Shown: positions 8,458 through 17,657 of the stretch, piece by piece | Layout: the number at the start of each line of letters is the position of its first letter | Numbering within the stretch: the first letter of the stretch is position 1 | The notes under the pieces: model-generated | What the model saw: the letters and a program-made list of their open reading frames with translations, nothing else | Told to the model about the DNA's origin: nothing | The model's database searches: none | Translations under genes and position numbers: made by a program | Virus record (IMG/VR): IMGVR_UViG_3300044984_002732 | Coordinates: 1 to 32,120 of that record | DNA from: a virus | Lineage: Duplodnaviria; Caudoviricetes | DNA length: 32,120 bases | Direction: 5' to 3' (one strand)

Positions 8458-9612
8458 CTATACCGCGATCGGCATAATATCGTCATTAACATCCAGCTCG
8501 TAATATTCGTCTGTTAAACTATCCGTTACTGGCATCAGCCCGCCGTCAACATCAACTTCAAACAATCCGGTCATAGCCGATATATCTGCATCTAATTCTT
8601 CAATAGCCGCCTGAACAGTTGTCGAAGCAATGTTCCCAGAAGGTGTAAAAGAAACAGCCCCCGCCGTTGTACTCGCAATATATCCAGACGGCAAACTGCT
8701 CGACGTTCGATAATCAGCACTTTCCTGAAAATGCCCATCCCCATTATAAATCAGCCGATAAATCAATTTCATCTCAGGCGTCAAGCCAAAACCAGCCAGC
8801 GCAGGAGGAGTCTCAGCCCTCGCCAAAGCCACAGTGTTATACGGCGCACTAAGTGCAGATGGGATGATATAAATCGGTCTGCTTGCGTCCCCAGTGGCAT
8901 ACACCCAATAACAAGCGAATTTATTCGAACCAACCGCAGTCAATGCGTAAGTATCGGTATCCAGATATTGCGGCGCACCGCTTGTGCCAGGGTACGGCAA
9001 GCTATAATTGGCAAAAGTATAGCTGTCTGCGCTGGCCAGATAAAACACCCTGCACGTTGTCTGCTCTGCAATGGTGTGTGCAATGTCCTCATCGTAGATA
9101 ATACCTGCTGCGATAGTCAGCGTAGCATCATCTGCGGTTGTCGGTTTGGTTAGATCAAGTCCTGAATAGTATCTGGTTCCGATTGTCCTATGAGCATTGA
9201 TATGCCAGTCCAAATCCCTGGTATGGTTGTGGGGTTCTTTGGTGGGCGCTCCGGCTGATCCATTCCAGTAAATCATCGCAACAGGGCACTGGTTTTTCAG
9301 GTTCACGGCTGTGGCACTGGCCTTGAGTGTTCCTGTAGCGTCGTCAAACGCCACGTAGTACAGCGTGTTTGCAGCCAACGTCACATAGTCGTCCAGGTCG
9401 CAGGTAATGGCACTCGATGTGCTGTACCGCACGCCTTTGTACCAGTATGTATTCGTGCCGGAAGCAACTGTTACCACGTGGGTAGAGTCGTCAAAGGATA
9501 ATGCGCCGATTGCCTCGATGCCGTGATATACCTGCACGGCATACACGGCATCTGTTGCGGCCAGTTCCTGTATCTGGCCGCTGACATTCACCAGGGGTTT
9601 TTTCAGAGCCAT
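8458..9612 (-). CDS. Tail fibre / receptor-binding-type virion protein (384 aa)
   Basis: Thr/Ala/Tyr-rich; VSFTPSGNIASTTVQAAIEEL linker motif; tail-region position. Confidence 0.6.
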   Translation of the reverse strand: MALKKPLVNVSGQIQELAATDAVYAVQVYHGIEAIGALSFDDSTHVVTVASGTNTYWYKGVRYSTSSAITCDLDDYVTLAANTLYYVAFDDATGTLKASATAVNLKNQCPVAMIYWNGSAGAPTKEPHNHTRDLDWHINAHRTIGTRYYSGLDLTKPTTADDATLTIAAGIIYDEDIAHTIAEQTTCRVFYLASADSYTFANYSLPYPGTSGAPQYLDTDTYALTAVGSNKFACYWVYATGDASRPIYIIPSALSAPYNTVALARAETPPALAGFGLTPEMKLIYRLIYNGDGHFQESADYRTSSSLPSGYIASTTAGAVSFTPSGNIASTTVQAAIEELDADISAMTGLFEVDVDGGLMPVTDSLTDEYYELDVNDDIMPIAV

Positions 9613-9621
9613 AATAATCCC

Positions 9622-10128
9622 CTATGCCAGAACGATAGGAACCTGGCTTTGAAAGTTGATAGCCGTTGCCCCCGTCGCAAACCCGATCCGCTGCACGACA
9701 TTCCCTGCAGAACTCGGTGCGGTCGTTGTGGCCAGCCCCGGCGTTGCGCTCAAAAACACCACGCCTGGGGTATGCCCCGTTACCTGCGTGTTGGTGCCCT
9801 CAAAATACACGGTGGCATTATTTCCGCTGTCCACAGCAGCAAGCACAAATCCATGCGCCTCTTTTCCCGCCGTGCTGGCATCGGCCTTGCGGCATTTTGC
9901 ACCGCTCGAATTATAGACATTCACAAAGTCTCCAGCCGCCAGCGCTTCTGTCGCAGCGATTAACGCCGTATCCGCCCCGATACCAGTCGGCATCATGGTG
10001 TTGTCCAATTTTCCAGTAGAGTCCAATGCAACAATCTTCCCTGCATCCGTCACCCCTGTTGATGCCTGCAAAGCCGCTTCTTCGGTAATGGTTCCGCTGT
10101 TGTTCTTCAGGTATTTATTTCCAGCCAT
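9622..10128 (-). CDS. Virion protein, capsid-cement/DUF2190-like fold
   Basis: A.EALAAGDFVNV...KADA.....AHGFV...VFLSATPG...Q.IG.A. Confidence 0.65.
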   Translation of the reverse strand: MAGNKYLKNNSGTITEEAALQASTGVTDAGKIVALDSTGKLDNTMMPTGIGADTALIAATEALAAGDFVNVYNSSGAKCRKADASTAGKEAHGFVLAAVDSGNNATVYFEGTNTQVTGHTPGVVFLSATPGLATTTAPSSAGNVVQRIGFATGATAINFQSQVPIVLA

Positions 10129-10140
10129 GGTGTTTTTCCT

Positions 10141-10614
10141 TTACGATAGAATTATTGGTTGATGAATTTTGATAAACAATTTCGTTGCCGATACCGGAAA
10201 CCCGACAATCAGCACAAATCCAGTTGTCGGAGGAGTCTGTGTCATCAGCCCCGTCGTGCTCAAAAACACAGGCTGCCCGAGCGTCCAGTTCCAGGTCGGC
10301 TCTTCATGCTCTCCGCTGGTTTGCACCGACACGCTCCCGGCATTACTGGCCCCCGTGGTCATGCCGAGCACCCGATGGGCATGATCAGCGGTTTCGCAAT
10401 CGGCATACACCGCCTTGTCATCATCGAGCACGACAAACCGGTGGCCGCTCAGTGTCAACGCTGTGCTGCATGTGATGGTTGAGCCGGTTTCCACCGATTC
10501 ACCCGGAAGGCCCTGCTCACCCGGCGGCCCCTGCGGGCCAACCTCGATAATCGTTATGGTCTCCACCGTATCATCGGTATCGGTATAGATCACCTGCACG
10601 TCGTCATCACTCAT
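10141..10614 (-). CDS. Virion protein paralogous to 9622-10128, with a short collagen-like segment
   Basis: GPQGPPGEQGLPG; LSGHRFV...YAD...VLG.T...W.W..G.PVFL...G..TQTPP. Confidence 0.7.
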   Translation of the reverse strand: MSDDDVQVIYTDTDDTVETITIIEVGPQGPPGEQGLPGESVETGSTITCSTALTLSGHRFVVLDDDKAVYADCETADHAHRVLGMTTGASNAGSVSVQTSGEHEEPTWNWTLGQPVFLSTTGLMTQTPPTTGFVLIVGFPVSATKLFIKIHQPIILS

Positions 10615-10615
10615 G

Positions 10616-11011
10616 TCATGTCCTCGTCACTGCCGCCAAAAGGGTGGCTTTGCCATATTGCTTCAAGACAGCCTCGCCGGTTGCGGAATACAGAAACAGG
10701 TCATATACACCGGCTGTGTCCTTGTGCTCGATCAAGATATCGGCCGCATCCTCATCGTTAATGTAAACCCGGTATTCCCCCGTTGCCGGGTCATCGATAT
10801 AGATGCCGCTGTCCCCGTCCGCCGACCAGGGAGACACCGCCGTGGTAATGGATATCACCGCCGCCGCACTGGTCAGTTTGGTTCGCACGCTCATTTTTGC
10901 GGTGTACCCGGTCAGATCAACCACAACACCGCCGGATTCCCAGCGAAATGTTTTGTCGTAGGTGCCGCCTTCGATGATGGTGATGGGTATGTTTGCTTTC
11001 ACGCATTGCAT
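10616..11011 (-). CDS. Baseplate/fibre adaptor Ig-like protein (BppU/LtfC-like)
   Basis: GGAG SD before ATG 11011; ITIIEGGTY...F.W.....VDLTGYTAKMSVR...GVYDL. Confidence 0.65.
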   Translation of the reverse strand: MQCVKANIPITIIEGGTYDKTFRWESGGVVVDLTGYTAKMSVRTKLTSAAAVISITTAVSPWSADGDSGIYIDDPATGEYRVYINDEDAADILIEHKDTAGVYDLFLYSATGEAVLKQYGKATLLAAVTRT

Positions 11012-11024
11012 GATTACTCCTTTA

Positions 11025-12998
11025 CTATTCCTGTTTTTTTCCCCAAATTCCAGAAATAGACAATGATACATTAACATTCCATGGCATGCTTCCACCGTCT
11101 ATTTTGCCATAAAGAACTGAAAGAAAATCTTTAATATACCCCTCAAATTTTGAATTTCGGGCTGCGGTAAATGGTGATGTTGGCTTTTCTCTTTTTGCGG
11201 ACTGAGCGAACACATTACTTTCATATTTGCGATCCACATAAACTTGAACTGCATATTGATCATTCGCCATGTTGTAATTCACGGATGAAAAAATGTCGCA
11301 ATCCCCTTCAGCACGCATTGGCTTAAATGGTTCTGCCGGTGTTCCACGACTTTCCTCATGATATGTCCTATATTCCCAAAAAGCCGTGCCTAAAGGATTG
11401 GTTGCGCCCTGTTTTTTATATATGGCTTCCACTTCGTGAACAGCGTTGACATATTGTCTAACCATTCCCACAGACATTTCTAGTTGTTGATAACCATTAT
11501 TGCCATTGCAATAAATATCTGGATAAAATGGATATATAATTTCCAAGGTGGAATTGCCTGAAGACAGCCAGGTGTTGCCATCTGTATAAAGATAAGTGAA
11601 ACCAACATAAGTGTATGTAAATATTGAAACATAGCGTGCTTTTACCACCCAATACAAAACTATATCCCATTTCCATGCTCTATGATCACAAGCAACCCCA
11701 TGTCCGTCTTCATACCAATCCAACCATTCCCCGTCCATGTGCCTAGTTATGGGAGATGGATTATATGGTTCCCATGTCCCGGACAAGCAACCGCCAACTC
11801 GGAAATGCTCTGTATGATCAATTATCGTTTCAAATTCAACTGATGGTTCACGGTCAGAAATAATTTCACGCGTGTTGGATGTACCAAATAATTCAGGCCC
11901 AACAATCGGAGTGTTCCGAACTATTTTTCTTCCATTATGAAAATGATAAGCCTTAAATTCAAGACCAGAAGGAGATGTCACTATATCGAACAGTCTATCA
12001 AAAGTCAGATCCTCTTCCGTCGGATATTCTGGGGCTTTTGTCTGTATTCGATACATCAGTGATCCTTTACATTCATACTGGGCTTTCCACTCAGCTAAAG
12101 GATCACCATCACTAATTAACGACACAAATGGATATTCTGTCTTTGCAATTTTATGTTTTTTACCAGCATTATCCATCCAATATCCATTGCTCGAATAATC
12201 ATTTGCAGAACAATCCCATAAAAGAGTGACGAATTCCGTTGCTGTTTTTCCAGAAATAATCACACATTGGCCGCATGGTTTTGGTTCAGTTTCAAACCCG
12301 ATCACTACTGGTTTATTCTCTCCGCTGGGCGACCGGTCACGATACTCCACCACCACACGGTCACCAACCTCAAACGCTTCCCCATTACAATCCATGTATT
12401 CGATATCAATGTCTTCGTGGGTCATAGTGGCATTGATAGACTGACTGCCAGCATTTATAATCTCAGTTGTGGCATCGTCCAGAAGTACATCACATTTATC
12501 AGCATCCAGTTTGGTTATTTCCCCCACCCGATACGTCGGCATCCACTTTTTCCAGCCTGGCGCCATGGCGGCATTATAAAACCATTGCTCGGGAGTCATG
12601 GCTTTGATGTGTTGTAACTGGCCGTCCCTGCTCATGTCAAAAGCGGCCTGGTCGGTATAGCCTGGCCGAACTAACACTTGATCCGGTTCCCCGTTTATTT
12701 CGACGGTGGCCACTTCCCCGGTCAGCTCCTCGCTCAGGTCGGCACACCAGGCATCCACCGTCGGGTCTTCCGGGATCGATTCGTAATAGGCTTTCCATTT
12801 TTTAAGCGATTCCAAAGCAAGTTTCAGCGCCGGCAGTTTTTCAGGATTGCTGTACCAATATTTATCGATCTGCTCCTCTTTGGCCGTGATCCACCGGTTG
12901 ACCTGATCCAATGCCGCTTGCGACTTGGTCCGGTCATACAACAGCTTGACGGAATACTGACCGTCCGTTCCGCCCGATACGATTTGTCCTTTACCCAT
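11025..12998 (-). CDS. Tail tip/central fibre-like protein (657 aa) with an AT-rich, divergent C-terminal two-thirds
   Basis: N-terminal AWCAD..E.L.G.V.T.E, PGW.KW.PTYR.G.I, IEYM.CN..AF..GD.V.V, P.VIGF motifs; located downstream of the tape measure. Confidence 0.65.
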   Translation of the reverse strand: MGKGQIVSGGTDGQYSVKLLYDRTKSQAALDQVNRWITAKEEQIDKYWYSNPEKLPALKLALESLKKWKAYYESIPEDPTVDAWCADLSEELTGEVATVEINGEPDQVLVRPGYTDQAAFDMSRDGQLQHIKAMTPEQWFYNAAMAPGWKKWMPTYRVGEITKLDADKCDVLLDDATTEIINAGSQSINATMTHEDIDIEYMDCNGEAFEVGDRVVVEYRDRSPSGENKPVVIGFETEPKPCGQCVIISGKTATEFVTLLWDCSANDYSSNGYWMDNAGKKHKIAKTEYPFVSLISDGDPLAEWKAQYECKGSLMYRIQTKAPEYPTEEDLTFDRLFDIVTSPSGLEFKAYHFHNGRKIVRNTPIVGPELFGTSNTREIISDREPSVEFETIIDHTEHFRVGGCLSGTWEPYNPSPITRHMDGEWLDWYEDGHGVACDHRAWKWDIVLYWVVKARYVSIFTYTYVGFTYLYTDGNTWLSSGNSTLEIIYPFYPDIYCNGNNGYQQLEMSVGMVRQYVNAVHEVEAIYKKQGATNPLGTAFWEYRTYHEESRGTPAEPFKPMRAEGDCDIFSSVNYNMANDQYAVQVYVDRKYESNVFAQSAKREKPTSPFTAARNSKFEGYIKDFLSVLYGKIDGGSMPWNVNVSLSISGIWGKKQE

Positions 12999-13285
12999 TA
13001 TGCGTTTGCCTGCAAGGTTATCGATTGATTTTTACCGCCTTCATCGATCCGGATATCGGTAATCGGCAAAATCCCAATTTCGATATCTGATCCAGAGGTG
13101 TGATAATAAAGTCCGATATCTCCATCGGCTCTATCGGCAATAATGTCCGCATAACTCAGCCCAGGGATCACGACCTGGATATACGATATGGCTCCGTCTT
13201 TCAATTGTACCGAAAACGATGATATGGGAATGACAACGTCATCAAAACCGTCGCAAACCAACCGGCATAAAACCTGTGACACCAT
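12998..13285 (-). CDS. Small tail protein, paralog of the C-terminal domain of 13285-14646
   Basis: DVVIPISSF...SYIQVVIPGL aligns with DAVVPISSF...SYSEVIIPGL. Confidence 0.7.
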   Translation of the reverse strand: MVSQVLCRLVCDGFDDVVIPISSFSVQLKDGAISYIQVVIPGLSYADIIADRADGDIGLYYHTSGSDIEIGILPITDIRIDEGGKNQSITLQANA

Positions 13286-14646
13286 TATCCTGATATCTCC
13301 ATCGATGACCCATACATGGCCGAATACGAAAACGTGACCAATCCAGCCGTAAACTCATCTTCGTCATACTGCACCGTGTCCCCTGGCTTCAGATATAAAT
13401 CTGGTTCCGGCTTTCTCAGTGTGGTGATTCCCTTGTTCAGCGAGCGATAAGTCACCCCCGATACCGGTATCACAGCCGGAACACTGGCCGCCTCAGATGT
13501 TCGGTATCCCGATAACATGATCTGCTGATCCCGATTGTTCCCGGTGATCGACACAGATGATATGTCGCACGCAAACAAGATTTCCCGCTGGTGTGTCACC
13601 CCGGATTTGACAATCAGCGCTGACACCGTAAACGTCCCGGTCTGCCTGGCCAGCACGGTATCGATTGCACCCAGCCCAGGAATGATCACCTCGGAATAAC
13701 TTGGGTCTCCCGCCCGCTGCCGGGAGGTAAAGGATGATATGGGCACCACCGCATCCGACTGGCCACCCAAAGACAACACACACTCGAACACCCGGCGGCA
13801 CCCGCGCAAGGAATCAAAAGAAGACGTTCCCTGAACCAGACTGGTCAAAAAGATTTCCGCTGAGATGGGCGAAATAGCCATCAGCACATCAGCCAGGCTG
13901 TCCACATACAGCACACCCGGTGTGGCTGGCGCGGATATCAATACTATCTGATCGTAATTTGGCGCGACTGAAACAACCGCAGGTGGAGACAAAATCGAAC
14001 TGACCCGAAAAACACCCAGAACCGAAGACTCGGCCCAGCATTGCGCCGGTGTTGCGCCGATGATACAAACTATGCCCAGCACGGAAGAAATGGCGGATAA
14101 GTTTGCAGGGGCAGCCTCGATTTCAACCCCAGGATCATTTACGGTCACAGAACTATCACGAGCAACAATATTTATTTGCCCGATAACGGAAGGAATGGAA
14201 AAACAGGGTACGCCTGCGGAAACCGCAGAGATTACAGCCGCCGGAACAGAGACTTCCGTTACCGTCGGCTGTAGCACCCTGGTGACTACAAAAGGCTGAC
14301 CTTGAAAGGATAACTGCAACCCTTTGGTGGATATACTCGACTGAACAGCATCTTCCACGAATGGCAAAGCGTCCCGCACCAACCCCAACGGTTTCATTAC
14401 GGGGGTGACCGCTGTGGTCGATGCCGGGAAGAACGACACCGATCCGGTCTGTGACTGAATAGCGATATCCACCCACGTGCAGGGAATGTCTCGGCCCCGA
14501 ACATTCACCGCCCCGGCAAAAGGCACTCCCAGATACGGAACTTTCAGACTTTGCAATCCAGAAATATTGATTGCAGCGTCTGAAAATGGTTGGCCACCGA
14601 ACGAAACAGCCAGACCTTTTAAATCGGTGCTTATCAGTAGCGTCAT
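13285..14646 (-). CDS. Tail/baseplate hub-like structural protein (453 aa)
   Basis: Ser/Val/Pro-rich, with internal KGL..SF.GQPF repeats; C-terminal D..L.PGDTV motif; coupled to neighbours. Confidence 0.6.
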   Translation of the reverse strand: MTLLISTDLKGLAVSFGGQPFSDAAINISGLQSLKVPYLGVPFAGAVNVRGRDIPCTWVDIAIQSQTGSVSFFPASTTAVTPVMKPLGLVRDALPFVEDAVQSSISTKGLQLSFQGQPFVVTRVLQPTVTEVSVPAAVISAVSAGVPCFSIPSVIGQINIVARDSSVTVNDPGVEIEAAPANLSAISSVLGIVCIIGATPAQCWAESSVLGVFRVSSILSPPAVVSVAPNYDQIVLISAPATPGVLYVDSLADVLMAISPISAEIFLTSLVQGTSSFDSLRGCRRVFECVLSLGGQSDAVVPISSFTSRQRAGDPSYSEVIIPGLGAIDTVLARQTGTFTVSALIVKSGVTHQREILFACDISSVSITGNNRDQQIMLSGYRTSEAASVPAVIPVSGVTYRSLNKGITTLRKPEPDLYLKPGDTVQYDEDEFTAGLVTFSYSAMYGSSMEISG

Positions 14647-14658
14647 AACAAGATCAGA

Positions 14659-16704
14659 TCACGCCTGGAGGTAGTCAATGTCGTCCACCACGGCAAAATA
14701 TGCTGTGCCACCATAAGCAATGACTTCAATTTCCACCACGCCTATTTCTGTTGGGGTGAAAACGATGGATTTTTGTTCCCACGATCCATCCGCCGTCATA
14801 TCAGATGATAACACATCAGTATCCACGCCAGATATCTGCAAACCCCGGCATCGTAAATAGGCGGAAAGCCCGGCGTTGCTTCGATACAACCAGGCCGTGA
14901 CGGTGACCTGAGAGCTGGCGTTCACCGCCAATTTTGCCAAAGACATCACCAATGGATAGTTTACGCTGCGGTTGGTACTGGTTGGGTACAACGCCCAGGC
15001 AATGTCCGCTGCGGTGTGCCGGATATCCGCTTGGGATTTAATATATCCCCCATCTGTGTAGAGATAATTATTATCCGCCGAACCATCCTGTTTGTCCGAT
15101 GCCAACCGGGCACCTCCGAAAGCCACAAACCCCGTTACTTTGGTCGTGTCGCCCAGTGTACACCCACGCAGGTAATTATTTCCCAACGTGGTATAATTTA
15201 AACCCCCTGATGTATTATCACTGATCGTGGCGCCGATGATCGTCAACCCTTTGGTCAGCGTCGCCGTGTTGATTCCATACACACCATTATTTTTTATTTC
15301 AGATGTGGTAAAAATGGCGTCATACGATAATGCTGAAAAATTCAAACCATCCCCATTATTGTTGTTCACTTTCCCGAAAACAAACCGATGCCATGAATAA
15401 GATGCTGCCATGGCAAATCCGGAACCTAAATTATTGCACAGATTATCAACCGTAAAAAAGTTTGCATAACTGGTTCCTAACACATTCAATCCGTGAGATG
15501 AATTGTTTACAGAACCTTTAAAATTCCCGATACACTTGGTGGAATTTGTGCAATACAGCCCGTAACCGCAACCGCACACCGTATGCCCAATTGCCTCACA
15601 ATAAGTGGACGCTGAAAACAAAATCCCATACAACGCCCGAGTCATGTTCAGCCGATTGGTTCTAACATAGTTTTTGTTGGTGAAATCTATCCCATTTCCC
15701 CAAGAGGACAGCCCGTCAAAAAACGTTTCCCCGTCTTGATTACCATCAGATGGATTATACCCGCCCTGAAAATCAATAATACTCCCCACCGTTCCTGAAT
15801 CCTGAATAATGCAATCCGTGGTGGTTGATGTTCTGTGACATTCCCGCTTGTACGTGCTGACTGTTTCTGTGGCCGTATTTGCGCCCCTGCCCGCCGTCGC
15901 AATGGTGGCGGCTGCACAATCCAAAAGCACCGTTGTCCCCACAATACTCTGAATGGGATACCAGCACTCATCACCCCCGGTGGCCAACGAATTCTTGCTG
16001 ATCAGGCTGGTCAGAGACAAAGAATCCGCAGAACCCGGTGCCTTGACCGCCATGATATTGTCAATCATCAATACCGGGATGCCCGGCTCACTCAACGCAT
16101 ATAACGCCACGGAATTGATATTTGATCCGAGGGCAGAACCCTTGTCCAACGTGAATGGGATAAAAACCGCCTTGGACGCCGCCTCAATCGCAGGGATTGT
16201 GAATTCATCCACTATTACCGCCCCAGCATTATCCGAACAAAGACAGAGCTTGTAAAGTGACGCCGCACTGCCCAAACTATCCCGGAACCAAAAGGACAAT
16301 TGCTGATAAGCCGACAAGTCCAAAGAAGAGGCCAACGTCTTGTATCCAATCAGCCCCGAAACAAAAGCTGCCGCAATGGTGAGTGTCACCTCATTGCTGC
16401 CCTCTTTTCTTGTCGTGGCAGCCACTGTCGCCGTCACATTCGCCGCCGCCGCCCACGACGTATCGCAGACCTCAATGGATTGCGTACAGGCCGTGGCCAG
16501 CGTGACCGTTTTGCTGTTCAGATTCCATGTGGCGTTGCCGACTGATGTTGGGTCGGGGCTTTTGGCAATTTTGATCACATCCCCTGGGGCAATCCTGGCC
16601 GCCGTTGCGCCGGACTTGATCGTCTTCCAGGCATTTCCTGCGCCCCAGGCCGAACCATCGTTGGCATCTGATCCCAGCAGCGGATCAATGTAAAATGTTC
16701 CCAT
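14659..16704 (-). CDS. Tailspike-like protein with right-handed beta-helix repeats and carbohydrate-binding-like domains (681 aa)
   Basis: N-terminal FYIDP..GSD.NDG.....AWKTI; repeated NN...G[LFI] turns at ~370-510 aa. Confidence 0.7.
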   Translation of the reverse strand: MGTFYIDPLLGSDANDGSAWGAGNAWKTIKSGATAARIAPGDVIKIAKSPDPTSVGNATWNLNSKTVTLATACTQSIEVCDTSWAAAANVTATVAATTRKEGSNEVTLTIAAAFVSGLIGYKTLASSLDLSAYQQLSFWFRDSLGSAASLYKLCLCSDNAGAVIVDEFTIPAIEAASKAVFIPFTLDKGSALGSNINSVALYALSEPGIPVLMIDNIMAVKAPGSADSLSLTSLISKNSLATGGDECWYPIQSIVGTTVLLDCAAATIATAGRGANTATETVSTYKRECHRTSTTTDCIIQDSGTVGSIIDFQGGYNPSDGNQDGETFFDGLSSWGNGIDFTNKNYVRTNRLNMTRALYGILFSASTYCEAIGHTVCGCGYGLYCTNSTKCIGNFKGSVNNSSHGLNVLGTSYANFFTVDNLCNNLGSGFAMAASYSWHRFVFGKVNNNNGDGLNFSALSYDAIFTTSEIKNNGVYGINTATLTKGLTIIGATISDNTSGGLNYTTLGNNYLRGCTLGDTTKVTGFVAFGGARLASDKQDGSADNNYLYTDGGYIKSQADIRHTAADIAWALYPTSTNRSVNYPLVMSLAKLAVNASSQVTVTAWLYRSNAGLSAYLRCRGLQISGVDTDVLSSDMTADGSWEQKSIVFTPTEIGVVEIEVIAYGGTAYFAVVDDIDYLQA

Positions 16705-16717
16705 TTATCGCCCCCGC

Positions 16718-17149
16718 TTATGCCAGATCAATTTCTGGCGCCTGGATTTGGAAGGAAAACCCGTCAGGGGTGGTGAAGTCTGCCCCGAAGTCGATGCACA
16801 TCACTACCGGGTCATTGGCCACAGTATCATCATAAATGATGGCTGCCCCAGACGGCCCGATCGATCCGCCCGATGCTGTCCACGTTACATCCGACCACAC
16901 TGATGTTGCCTTGTCTGTGATGTCATTTTCCGTTACGGTCACCCCCGACAGGGTCTTGCTGTCCTGGGTATATCCGTTGCCTGTAGATAGCTGGTCGGCA
17001 GTCACATCTGCCAGCAGCGCATGACTGTCTTTGTCGAATGCAAACGTCGTATTCATCAAAATGATTTTAAACGTGTCGTTTGCCAAATCCACCGCTTTGG
17101 TGGCCAACAAATATTTAAAATGATTGGGTACTGTCGCTACAACTGCCAT
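16718..17149 (-). CDS. Tail structural protein (143 aa)
   Basis: VDL..DTFKIIL...GNGY...KTL...DVTWTASGGSIGP...IIYDDT...IDFG, a pattern common in siphophage minor tail proteins. Confidence 0.7.
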   Translation of the reverse strand: MAVVATVPNHFKYLLATKAVDLANDTFKIILMNTTFAFDKDSHALLADVTADQLSTGNGYTQDSKTLSGVTVTENDITDKATSVWSDVTWTASGGSIGPSGAAIIYDDTVANDPVVMCIDFGADFTTPDGFSFQIQAPEIDLA

Positions 17150-17164
17150 GATCTATAATCCCCT

Positions 17165-17212
17165 TCCTGTCCTGTCTATTCAAGTCCGTGCCTGTCCGTG
17201 TCTGTCCGTGTC
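17165..17212. repeat. GTCCGTG[TC]CT decamer-type tandem repeat in an intergenic region
   Basis: gtccgtgcct-gtccgtgtct-gtccgtgtc plus tcctgtcctgtc; a related run occurs at 27215-27256. Confidence 0.7.
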
Positions 17213-17229
17213 AAACATTATCCCGCCCA

Positions 17230-17571
17230 TCACGTAATTTTCTCATACACCCAAAACGACACATCCGCCGTATCCCCATCGATTTTCACCGATTCGATGT
17301 ACCCTACAAAAAACCCCTCGGGGCAGGCCAGCCCCACCAGGCTCTCGCTTTCGAAAAATGCCCATAACCTGTCGGCCGCCGATGGGCTGATACTTACCGC
17401 CGCAAACGAAAACGTCCGGTCGGCATCCGAATACCCGCTGTCGGTAATCACCGCCCCGCCATCCAACGTGGCCGAGCGAGACAGCCGCCGGGTGTTTTCC
17501 CGCACGGGCGCCGCCGGTACATTGAGCGTTACATATTCGCCCTGCTCGATCGATGAAAATGTAATCAACAT
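17230..17571 (-). CDS. Distal-tail-like protein immediately after the tape measure
   Basis: RRLSRSATLDGGAVITDSGYSDADRTF; synteny. Confidence 0.65.
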   Translation of the reverse strand: MLITFSSIEQGEYVTLNVPAAPVRENTRRLSRSATLDGGAVITDSGYSDADRTFSFAAVSISPSAADRLWAFFESESLVGLACPEGFFVGYIESVKIDGDTADVSFWVYEKIT

Positions 17572-17577
17572 GGTATC

Positions 17578-17657
17578 AATTATGAATTATGAAGGATGAA
17601 TTATGAATGATGGCTGTTCGTCATTTTTCATACTTCATCCTTCATCCTTCATCCTTT
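17578..17657. repeat. Heptamer-repeat hairpin A: (ATGAA-core heptamer)n-loop-(TTCAT-core heptamer)n
   Basis: tatgaat tatgaag gatgaat tatgaat ... ttcatac ttcatcc ttcatcc ttcatcc. Confidence 0.9.

Noticed and set aside
11025-16704. Diversity-generating retroelement
   Set aside because: No reverse transcriptase and no TR/VR pair differing at adenines was seen in the window.
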